Notes under the pieces: generated by a model
What the model saw: only the letters and a program-made list of their open reading frames with translations
What the model was told of the DNA's origin: nothing
Databases searched by the model: none
Shown here: positions 1 to 7,193 of the stretch, piece by piece
How positions within the stretch are numbered: the stretch's first letter is position 1
Layout of the letters: each line of letters begins with the position of its first letter
Origin: Cuniculiplasma divulgatum
GTDB taxonomy: Archaea; Thermoplasmatota; Thermoplasmata; Thermoplasmatales; Thermoplasmataceae
NCBI RefSeq assembly: GCF_900083515.1
Contig: NZ_LT671858.1
Coordinates: 750,001-782,000 of the forward strand
DNA length: 32,000 nucleotides
Direction of reading: 5' to 3'
Made by a program: the position numbers and the translations under genes

Positions 1-331
1 TCGAGATAAGACCTATCATTATGGTAAAAACAAATAATCTGTTGATCTGACCAAATATTGGTTGCTTAAGGCTTTCTGGATGAAAGATCGGGATCATTGA
101 GATCATCACAGTGTAAGCAGCCATCATAAGACCCATAATTGTCCCATAAAAAGTTAGGATCGACGAACTGGAATAGAAAGAAGCAATCTTCGAGGTTAAA
201 AGAGTATCTGTTGGAATATATATCTTTCCTATATTGGTTGTCAGAAAAAAAGTAATAATAAATGACAGAATCACTACATTTCTCAACTTATAAAAGGAAT
301 CCAATCTACCCTTAAGCCTGACCTGAGCCAT
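1..331 (-). CDS. hypothetical membrane protein, N-terminal part only (gene runs off the window edge)
   Basis: Not in the supplied ORF track. Reading the minus strand from the ATG at 331-329 gives MAQVRLKGRLDSFYKLRNVVILSFIITFFLTTNIGKIYIP...GTIMGLMMAAYTVMISMIPIFHPE... with no stop down to position 1. It has at least two hydrophobic helices. No family recognised. Confidence 0.5.
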   Translation of the reverse strand, partial: MAQVRLKGRLDSFYKLRNVVILSFIITFFLTTNIGKIYIPTDTLLTSKIASFYSSSSILTFYGTIMGLMMAAYTVMISMIPIFHPESLKQPIFGQINRLFVFTIMIGLIS

Positions 332-394
332 GGAATATTATAGTTATCCGGTATAAAATTTTTTATTAGAATATGGCTAAAAATTATGAAATTT

Positions 395-748
395 TCAGAA
401 AAATCTGAAAGTTGATTGATCTATAAGCTCTGTAAAACTTTCTAAATCTATCTCCCCATCTTTAAAATTTGCAACTAGTTCTGTCCATCTCACTTCAAAA
501 TCAAACGAAAGTTTCTCGCCTTTTACCGTAAAGAGTAAACGGGTAACTCGGTCTACATTCTCCTTGTCAGGGAAATCAACACTTTCGATCTCTTCGTTAT
601 TATCCGCATTTTTAACATATGTGTGGGAAATGTATTCAAAGGAAAAGTTATGAAGGGGAAAATTTCTTCGTTTCTGTATTGCAAGCATCCTCACAAAATA
701 TTCAATGATATTTCCAAAATCACCTTCTATCTTAGTCGGCTCTTGCAT
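395..748 (-). CDS. hypothetical protein (117 aa), no family recognised
   Basis: Clean ATG-initiated ORF with ordinary soluble-protein composition (MQEPTKIEGDFGNIIEYFVRML...). It lies 63 nt upstream of the edge-truncated membrane ORF on the same strand. Confidence 0.6.
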   Translation of the reverse strand: MQEPTKIEGDFGNIIEYFVRMLAIQKRRNFPLHNFSFEYISHTYVKNADNNEEIESVDFPDKENVDRVTRLLFTVKGEKLSFDFEVRWTELVANFKDGEIDLESFTELIDQSTFRFF

Positions 749-877
749 ATATTTAAATCCCTATATGGTTTTTAAATTTTTTTAATTTTTCATATTAGAT
801 ATACATTTCTTAAGAAAGAGCAATGCGTAAAAACTTTTTTTCCAAAATTTATTATGTTGTGATTGAATAAAAGAAAT

Positions 878-1906
878 ATGACGGATGATATTCCAGAGGT
901 TAGAACAAAGCACCCTTACTTAATGTATGAAATGCTCAAGGAGACTCCAAAAGCTCTAAAAACTACTATAAAAAATGTGATTGATGAAGAAATTGATTTC
1001 AGACGCGGTTCTGTAACTGTAACAGGAAACGGAACATCATATCATGCAGGAGTTCTTGGGTTTCAGTCTATTTCTGATGAAAATAAACCATGGAATCATA
1101 TACAGTCATATGAACTTGAAAATTACAAAACGCCTGGAAATAATATTGTTGCATTCTCACATACCGGTAAAACGTATTCAACTGTCCAGTCAATAAGAAA
1201 ATATCCAGAAAAATTCAGTGTTGGTGTGACTCATGATCAAAATTCTTCACTGGCGCAAATATCCAGCAAGAGTATAGTTATTCAGGAAAAGGATAAATCT
1301 CTATGTAACACAAAGGCATTTTTTGATAACTCTTTAGCGTCTCTTATAATCGCCAATAAGTATGAAAAATCAAAGTATGACTATGAAGGGTTTATTTCCA
1401 TGATAGATAAGAATCTTATGAGGGCAGATATTGAGATGAACTCGATTGTTAAGGAAATCGGAAAGGTCAAAAATATTTTTGTGCTAGGGGCGGGGAACAA
1501 TTTTATAGCCGCACGGGAAACTGCTCAAAAACTAAAGGAGGCAACACACATACATAGTGAAGGCATAGAACTGGAAGAATATAACCACGGTTGCACATCT
1601 GTTACAAATAAAGATACTCTGCTTATTAACATATGCAACCGCGAAGATACATCAAGGGTAGAACAAATAAACAGAGGAATAAAATATGTTGGAGCGAAAT
1701 CTATAGGCATTGGTGGCCCAGGAGACTTTGAAATAGAACTTGATGTCAGAAATAGCTTTGAATTACCTATACAGGCAATAACTTATACCTATTTCCTTGC
1801 CTACCATCTTGCAGTTAAACTTGGAATCAATCCAGATATACTTAGATTCGACGAAAAAGACTATTATGATTTTGATATGGAAATATTTCCAGCCGGCCAG
1901 CACTAA
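878..1906 (+). CDS. double SIS-domain sugar-phosphate isomerase/aminotransferase-like protein (GlmS isomerase-domain / GlmD / FrlB-like)
   Basis: N-terminus HPYLMYEMLKETPKAL is typical of GlmS-isomerase-type SIS proteins. There are two SIS-like halves (VTVTGNGTSYHAG... and IFVLGAGNNFIAARETAQKLKE). The ORF is open from a TTG at 863. I prefer the ATG at 878 because an A/T box (aaatttatta, 845-854) sits about 27 nt upstream. Confidence 0.85.
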   Translation: MTDDIPEVRTKHPYLMYEMLKETPKALKTTIKNVIDEEIDFRRGSVTVTGNGTSYHAGVLGFQSISDENKPWNHIQSYELENYKTPGNNIVAFSHTGKTYSTVQSIRKYPEKFSVGVTHDQNSSLAQISSKSIVIQEKDKSLCNTKAFFDNSLASLIIANKYEKSKYDYEGFISMIDKNLMRADIEMNSIVKEIGKVKNIFVLGAGNNFIAARETAQKLKEATHIHSEGIELEEYNHGCTSVTNKDTLLINICNREDTSRVEQINRGIKYVGAKSIGIGGPGDFEIELDVRNSFELPIQAITYTYFLAYHLAVKLGINPDILRFDEKDYYDFDMEIFPAGQH

Positions 1907-2079
1907 GAGATTTTCTTATTGGCCTTTTCTATCTTATTCTCAATTTTCTTAAGTTGGAATGGGTCAGTAGGTTGCTTACTCTTAAGCATTTTATTTCTCA
2001 ATTTTTCCCTCAGTTTATCATCCTTGCATAAATTCAGAACACTAATTTCGAATTTCTCAAGCTCTCTCATTTTTATCAT
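1903..2079 (-). CDS. small lysine-rich helical protein (58 aa), unannotated small ORF
   Basis: Hand translation of the minus strand gives MIKMRELEKFEISVLNLCKDDKLREKLRNKMLKSKQPTDPFQLKKIENKIEKANKKIS*. The ATG at 2079 is 3 nt downstream of the CinA-like stop (2085-2083), suggesting cotranscription. The stop (1905-1903) overlaps the stop of the convergent SIS gene. It falls below the length cut-off of the ORF track. Confidence 0.4.
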   Translation of the reverse strand: MIKMRELEKFEISVLNLCKDDKLREKLRNKMLKSKQPTDPFQLKKIENKIEKANKKIS

Positions 2080-2082
2080 GCC

Positions 2083-2856
2083 TCATATGGATAAGCTGAA
2101 TTTATTTTTAACTCTCTGACTGAATTCTTTATATGTAGAATTTATTCTATTTTCAATATCGTCCTGACTATCTCCATATCCGTAGAATTCAATTATTAGA
2201 ACTGGATTATTAAATTCAAAGGATTCTGGATGGGATTTAATATTTATTCCATTGTTCATAACGTCAAATACTTCTTTTATCAGTGGAGCAATGGCACTTT
2301 CCATTATCCCATTTACCCTTATTTCTTTGCTCATGTAAGCTTTTTTAGACACGCCCATATTTAGAAGGATTTGTGGTAACATAGATCTCATCTCCCTCGG
2401 CACGCCTGGAACAGAAAATATTATTTTTCCATCATATTTGAGAAACATGCCAGGTGCGGTACCGCCTTTATTTTCTATTATTTCTGCACCCAGTGGCATT
2501 TTCGCCATTTTTAATCTCTCTTCTGTCAATTCTAGTTTTAGAGATAGATATTTTGTCTTTAAAATATCCACTGCATGAGGATTCATTTCTAATGGTAATC
2601 TGAGGCATTTACTGATAGATTCAATAGAAATATCATCCATAGTTGGCCCAAGTCCGCCAGTTGTTATAATAACATCAACTTCATCTAATAAAAACTTCAA
2701 TGATTTGCATATTTCATCTGTTTCATCCTTACACGCAATGTGATAAGCTACATTGAACCCGTTTGATGTTAGAAATGAGGATATTTCTGCTGAATTAGAA
2801 TCAACAGTTCTTCCCTTAACAACTTCATTTCCAATGGAAATAACAGCTATATTCAT
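2083..2856 (-). CDS. CinA-like protein with molybdopterin-binding (MoCF biosynthesis) domain; no PncC deamidase domain
   Basis: MNIAVISIGNEVVKGRTVDSNSAEISSFL...VDVIITTGGLGPTMDDISIESI is the classic CinA/MoaB/MogA-fold signature (IGxE...G...D.N; TTGGLGPT.DD). At 257 aa it fits the short archaeal CinA-like form. Confidence 0.85.
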   Translation of the reverse strand: MNIAVISIGNEVVKGRTVDSNSAEISSFLTSNGFNVAYHIACKDETDEICKSLKFLLDEVDVIITTGGLGPTMDDISIESISKCLRLPLEMNPHAVDILKTKYLSLKLELTEERLKMAKMPLGAEIIENKGGTAPGMFLKYDGKIIFSVPGVPREMRSMLPQILLNMGVSKKAYMSKEIRVNGIMESAIAPLIKEVFDVMNNGINIKSHPESFEFNNPVLIIEFYGYGDSQDDIENRINSTYKEFSQRVKNKFSLSI

Positions 2857-3077
2857 ACTCTCACTTCTAAATATTATTCAGATAGGAAACGTAGAACATG
2901 AGTGCGGACATCCCAACAAGCACCATCATGAATATGAGCATTTGTCTCTTTCTGTTTTCCAAGTTTATCTTTTAATGATTACTATTAATCTATTTAACTT
3001 TTACAAATTGAACGATTTAATTATAAATGGATAGGGACATATTTATTTTGTTAAGTTCATTACCTCTTGATCTTAAT

Positions 3078-3082
3078 AGGTG
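3078..3082 (+). promoter_or_regulatory. Shine-Dalgarno-like AGGTG for the DUF211 gene
   Basis: aggtg lies 9 nt upstream of the ATG at 3092 and is complementary to the usual archaeal 16S 3' end (CCUCC/CACCU). Confidence 0.35.
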
Positions 3083-3091
3083 TAGTAAAAG

Positions 3092-3376
3092 ATGAACATA
3101 AGGAGATTAATTCTCGATGTTGGCAAGGGGATAAACAGGCCAACATTAATGGAACTTTCAGAGATAATTAGTTCGGTGAAGGGTGTAGAAGGAGTAAATA
3201 TTATCGTTACTGATATGGACATAGAGACCATGGGTGTTAATATTACCATAGAAGGGAATAATATAAATTATGAACAGGTTCTAAAGGGTATTGAAGAAGT
3301 TGGAGCTGTAGTTCATTCAATAGATGAAATAGCAGTAGGCAGTAAACTAATTGAAAATATAAGGCGTGATGAGTGA
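3092..3376 (+). CDS. DUF211-family small archaeal protein (94 aa)
   Basis: MNIRRLILDVGKG..PTLMELSEIISSVKGVEGVNIIVTDMDIETMGVNITIEGNNINYEQVLKGIEEVGAVVHSIDE matches the DUF211 pattern (RRLVLDVLKP...; V.V.EvD.et....itieG..id.e.i...IE..Ga.iHSIDeV). Confidence 0.8.
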   Translation: MNIRRLILDVGKGINRPTLMELSEIISSVKGVEGVNIIVTDMDIETMGVNITIEGNNINYEQVLKGIEEVGAVVHSIDEIAVGSKLIENIRRDE

Positions 3377-3897
3377 ACGAAGATGACTCTTTTGCTCTAA
3401 GCATAGGAGCAATAGACGGACTAATCACATCGCTGATGATAACAAGTAATGCAATAATAAGCAAATCTAACATCATGCTAGAGGCAGCCCTAAGGATCAG
3501 TTTAGGGTCAGCGGTTGTCGGAGCGGCAAGCTTCTTCGTTGCAGAATATGGAAGACTCAGGCAGGGAGAATACAGGATAGCTCATTTACTGAAACCATCA
3601 TCAAATCCAGGTCAGAGCAAAACATCTGTAATGAGAAGAAATCTAAGTGATGCATTCAAGGGTGGTTCATTATCGTTTATCATGGGGTTTGTTGGAGCGG
3701 CAATTCCAATAGTAAGTTATTCATTACTGCATAGAGAAGGGATTTATTCTTTAACTTTCTCATATCTGGCATTAGGTATAATGGGGATATTTCTAGGGAA
3801 AAGTTCTGGAGGAAAAGCATCAAACTGGTTTATTTCTCTGGTTATACTGGGAGTTATAATGACCGTGGCTGGATATTACTTAAGAATAGTATCATAA
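3373..3897 (+). CDS. VIT1/CCC1-related membrane protein (archaeal short form), putative metal transporter
   Basis: The GTG start overlaps the DUF211 stop (GTGA, 3373-3376). The N-terminal SIGAIDGLITSLMI resembles the VIT-family G.nDGl.S motif. Several TM helices and a charged central loop (RLRQGEYRIAHLLKPSS...). The family call rests on motif and topology only. Confidence 0.6.
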   Translation: MNEDDSFALSIGAIDGLITSLMITSNAIISKSNIMLEAALRISLGSAVVGAASFFVAEYGRLRQGEYRIAHLLKPSSNPGQSKTSVMRRNLSDAFKGGSLSFIMGFVGAAIPIVSYSLLHREGIYSLTFSYLALGIMGIFLGKSSGGKASNWFISLVILGVIMTVAGYYLRIVS

Positions 3898-3940
3898 AAT
3901 AACAAATTGATGAAAAAGATAAACTAATCGAAGTAATACA

Positions 3941-5380
3941 GTGCAGGTGCATCGACTAGTATATCTTTTGTTACTGAGCGTCATTTATTTTCTCTCAATT
4001 ATAATAGAGATAATTGAAGGCATATTCATTTTCTCCGGACAGATATATTACTTATTCTATTCAATCATAGGATTGATAGTATTAATGCCACTATTGGAAT
4101 ATATTTCATATAGAAAAATAAGCATTTTAAAGTTTTATCCTATAAGTATTTTCATTCTATCCACATTTTTAACCATTTTAATGGATTTCAACTATTTTCC
4201 TGCCCTTGCTCTTCAAATAATCGCACTCATATTTTCCATAAGGTACATTATGGATAATGACAGAATGAAGAAATATCATTTAGTTTACATAATTTATGGT
4301 TTTCTAATGCTTCTTCTTTCATCCCTTCTCAGGGTGATTTCATTTGAGAGATTATCTCAGGTTTTGATTTTTAACATAGGTGATGATATTAATGTTAAAG
4401 GGGTCCCATTTTTCTTCAGCAATGGGGTTGTGATAGCTGGAATGAGGTATTTCGTGTTTTCCTTCAGTTTTCAGTATATGATCATAATACTAATTTTGGG
4501 GTTCCTGCTTCTTGAAAATGCAAGAAAAATAATTCAAATATCAAAAGTCAAAAATCAGGGGAAAAGCAACTTACTCAATTTAACATCCATGAGCTTCTCT
4601 GTATTTTCGTGCCAATGTGAAACCGTCACATCCATAATCCCAGCCATTGGTGCTGAAATTCTCGGCATAATATCACTGCCCATAATAACAGAAAGTCTCA
4701 TTCTTTCAATAGGAACATTCCTGTATCTTCATTTTGTCCAAAGGGAAAGATATGGAATATTTGGCAAACTTTGGAATTCAAAGAAAAAGAGAAAAGGCTT
4801 ATTATTCATAGCCCTCCTGATAATGATTCTAAGTCCAATACTGATAACCTTTGGTGTATATTTTGGGTTGCAAAGAAACCTCCTTTTCTATTTTGGAACT
4901 AATCTCGGTCTATTTGCGGTTTCATCCTTAATATTCACCCGTCTATTTAGTGAAATCAGGATTAGTATTGGTATATCAAAAGTGTTGTATGTTGTTTTGG
5001 CTCTTCTCACAATCTTCTTCATGGTTGTATGGTATGTTCCAGCAGTTCTTGATGTTGCAGTGAAGAACGGGTTAATCTTTTCAATCATGGGCCTGTTTTC
5101 AGTGCTTTCCGGTATTCTATTATCATTAATGCTAACACCAATTAATAAAATAGGGAGATCCATAATATATGAATACATAACTGGGATGTTTCCAGTAGTT
5201 TTTGTAATAGTACTTTATTATACTGTTATTACTTCAAGCCAGATTTGGCCAGCTTTCAGCATAACGAGTCAACTAATATTTGGTCTTGTGCTATTGGGAA
5301 TAAGCCTTCCAATTATGTGGTTTTCCACTAATTATTCAATATATGGAAATTATATAGCGAACAAAGACACACACAGATAA
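3941..5380 (+). CDS. polytopic integral membrane protein (479 aa), unknown family
   Basis: Long ORF with a GTG start and at least 10 hydrophobic segments. It has a membrane-proximal Cys pair, FSVFSCQCETVTSIIPAIG. It begins 43 nt after the VIT-like gene. The start codon is uncertain. Confidence 0.7.
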   Translation: MQVHRLVYLLLLSVIYFLSIIIEIIEGIFIFSGQIYYLFYSIIGLIVLMPLLEYISYRKISILKFYPISIFILSTFLTILMDFNYFPALALQIIALIFSIRYIMDNDRMKKYHLVYIIYGFLMLLLSSLLRVISFERLSQVLIFNIGDDINVKGVPFFFSNGVVIAGMRYFVFSFSFQYMIIILILGFLLLENARKIIQISKVKNQGKSNLLNLTSMSFSVFSCQCETVTSIIPAIGAEILGIISLPIITESLILSIGTFLYLHFVQRERYGIFGKLWNSKKKRKGLLFIALLIMILSPILITFGVYFGLQRNLLFYFGTNLGLFAVSSLIFTRLFSEIRISIGISKVLYVVLALLTIFFMVVWYVPAVLDVAVKNGLIFSIMGLFSVLSGILLSLMLTPINKIGRSIIYEYITGMFPVVFVIVLYYTVITSSQIWPAFSITSQLIFGLVLLGISLPIMWFSTNYSIYGNYIANKDTHR

Positions 5381-5468
5381 TGTACATAGTCTGTTTAAAA
5401 CGAATTAAGCATTTATCATATGATGTTACAATTAGAAATGCGTAAATATTAAGTTCAAATCAAAGCCT

Positions 5469-6281
5469 ATGCAAATTGAAATAGTTTCTGAAAATGGTAA
5501 TCTTTTTCCAATTGCTTACGAAAATGGCTCTGTTAAGAAGGGAAGAAAGATTTCAAATCTAAATAAATTCTACATGGAATTAAGTGAAAATATAAATTCT
5601 GCAGAATTTGTGCAGGGTGATACAAAAAGTTATACGAGTGTCATTCCAGTTAATCCTGGCAAAATTCTTTGTCCTGCTTTGAATTTCAAAAATCATTCCG
5701 CTGAAACTGTACAGAAAAGCCCTGAATTTCCATATTTTTTTCCAAAATTCTCCAATTCATTAATACCATTTAATGGAAAAATATTAAAACATGAAGGTAT
5801 AAAACAGCTGGATTATGAGGGAGAAATAGCAGCAATAGTAGGAAAAAAGACGTCAAAAGCTTCAAGGAGTGAGGCTCAGAATTCCATAGTTGGTTTTGCG
5901 GTAGTGAACGACGTAAGTGCAAGAGATTATCAAAATCAATTTTCACCCAATTTAGGAAAGAACTGGATAATGGGAAAAGCCGCAGACACTTTTCTTCCTG
6001 TAAGCAAAACTGTGTTTATAGGAAAAGAAGAAGAATTTTCAATTAAGACTTTTGTGAATGGTGAAATTCGTCAGGATGGTAACACAAAAGACATGATATT
6101 CTCATTTGCAGATATGGTATCTTATATAAGCAAAAATATAACACTGGAACCTGGAGACATGATTCTCAGCGGTACACCAGCTGGTGTTGCAGCATCAGGT
6201 AAATACCCATATCTTGGGAAAGGAGATATGATAAGGATAGAATCAGAAAAAATTGGCAAACTTGAAAATGTTGTTGGATAA
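5469..6281 (+). CDS. fumarylacetoacetate hydrolase (FAH) family protein, FAHD1/HpcE-like
   Basis: DYEGEIAAIVGKK..., VVNDVSARDYQ, GKAADTFLPV and MIFSFADMVSYISKNITLEPGDMILSGTPAGV are the canonical FAH-fold motifs. Confidence 0.9.
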   Translation: MQIEIVSENGNLFPIAYENGSVKKGRKISNLNKFYMELSENINSAEFVQGDTKSYTSVIPVNPGKILCPALNFKNHSAETVQKSPEFPYFFPKFSNSLIPFNGKILKHEGIKQLDYEGEIAAIVGKKTSKASRSEAQNSIVGFAVVNDVSARDYQNQFSPNLGKNWIMGKAADTFLPVSKTVFIGKEEEFSIKTFVNGEIRQDGNTKDMIFSFADMVSYISKNITLEPGDMILSGTPAGVAASGKYPYLGKGDMIRIESEKIGKLENVVG

Positions 6282-6305
6282 GATTTTTGTATATTTATCA
6301 TTTAA

Positions 6306-7190
6306 ATGATATTCGAGGAAAGCAAGGAAGAGCTGTTTCAGGCTAAAATTCCATTCCCCATATTCATTCCTGAAAATGAAGAAATTAAATCATCTATCAG
6401 ATTTTCATATAATGAACCTATTTCAGTCAGGATTGAAGTTGGATCAGACAGAGAAAGAATCTCAATCAAGGAATCATTCATGGACTGGTTCTATTATGGG
6501 TTTCCAAAAAACCATATGAAGAGTTCTGTTGAATATTATGGAAAGGAGACAGTACAAATAATGGACATAAACGGTGAAAAAAGTGTAATTTTTTCCGGAC
6601 GAGATTATTTAGGCCGATCATCATCAACTGCTTTCTTTAATGGAACTATGCTTGAATTCAGGTACGAAGAAGGAATGGAAGATGCAGCTCTGAATATGAT
6701 TAGAGATATAAGGACCCATTCAGTCGGAGCAATAAACTTTATAGACAGTTCATTCCTTTGTAATTATCATTCAAATTTTCAGTGGTTTGAAAACGAGAGA
6801 ATCGGAAGGCTATCCTGGAAAAAAATATGGGGAGAGGGACTATGGAATTACTTTCCTGATTCCACTGGAGAATTCCAGCACCTTCATAAAATCACAATCT
6901 TTAAAAATAGATTGAACGAATTTATGTGGGTTGATGTTTCCAGGAAGAATAGTGGCATTAAAAATTTAAGGTACAGATTTTCAAGAGGTGGAAATATTTT
7001 TAAACTAATGAAAACCAAGGATAATTCTTTCTATGGGGCTATTTCTGACATAGGACCTTATCTTTTTCAGAACGAAGATGAGAAATTCGTTTATACAGTT
7101 ACAGTTCCCAGAATGAAAGAATTTGAAAAGAACTGTCAGAATTTTTTTTCACATATGGAAAATTTAAATTTCAGCCCATTTTTACCGTGA
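6306..7190 (+). CDS. hypothetical protein (294 aa), no recognisable family; translationally coupled to the downstream ATPase
   Basis: Clean ATG ORF with soluble, apparently beta-rich composition, aromatic-rich (W/F/Y). Its stop at 7188-7190 lies 3 nt before the ATG of the next gene. Confidence 0.7.
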   Translation: MIFEESKEELFQAKIPFPIFIPENEEIKSSIRFSYNEPISVRIEVGSDRERISIKESFMDWFYYGFPKNHMKSSVEYYGKETVQIMDINGEKSVIFSGRDYLGRSSSTAFFNGTMLEFRYEEGMEDAALNMIRDIRTHSVGAINFIDSSFLCNYHSNFQWFENERIGRLSWKKIWGEGLWNYFPDSTGEFQHLHKITIFKNRLNEFMWVDVSRKNSGIKNLRYRFSRGGNIFKLMKTKDNSFYGAISDIGPYLFQNEDEKFVYTVTVPRMKEFEKNCQNFFSHMENLNFSPFLP

Positions 7191-7193
7191 TCA

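Noticed and set aside
806-817. 12-bp perfect palindrome TTTCTTAAGAAA in the divergent spacer between the 117-aa gene and the SIS gene.
   Set aside because: It is short and entirely plausible by chance in DNA this AT-rich, and no second copy was noticed elsewhere. Kept only as a note.
1919-2119. Track ORF of 66 aa on the + strand between the SIS and CinA-like genes.
   Set aside because: The translation (MAFSILFSIFLSWNGSVGCLLLSILFLNFSLSLSS...) is low-complexity L/S/F and overlaps the CinA-like 3' end. The opposite strand over the same DNA gives a well-behaved K/E-rich 58-aa ORF placed 3 nt after the CinA-like stop, which I prefer.
2753-3034. Track ORF of 93 aa on the + strand spanning the CinA-like start and the divergent spacer.
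   Set aside because: Its first third is antisense to the conserved CinA N-terminus. The remainder runs through the A/T-rich promoter region. No motifs and no start-site signals.
6306-7190. Considered calling the 294-aa protein NurA, the usual HerA partner.
   Set aside because: I see none of the NurA-type acidic catalytic motifs (RNase H-like D/E/D pattern at expected spacing). It is also shorter than typical NurA, and no mre11/rad50 genes flank the pair. Left as unknown; a profile search is needed.
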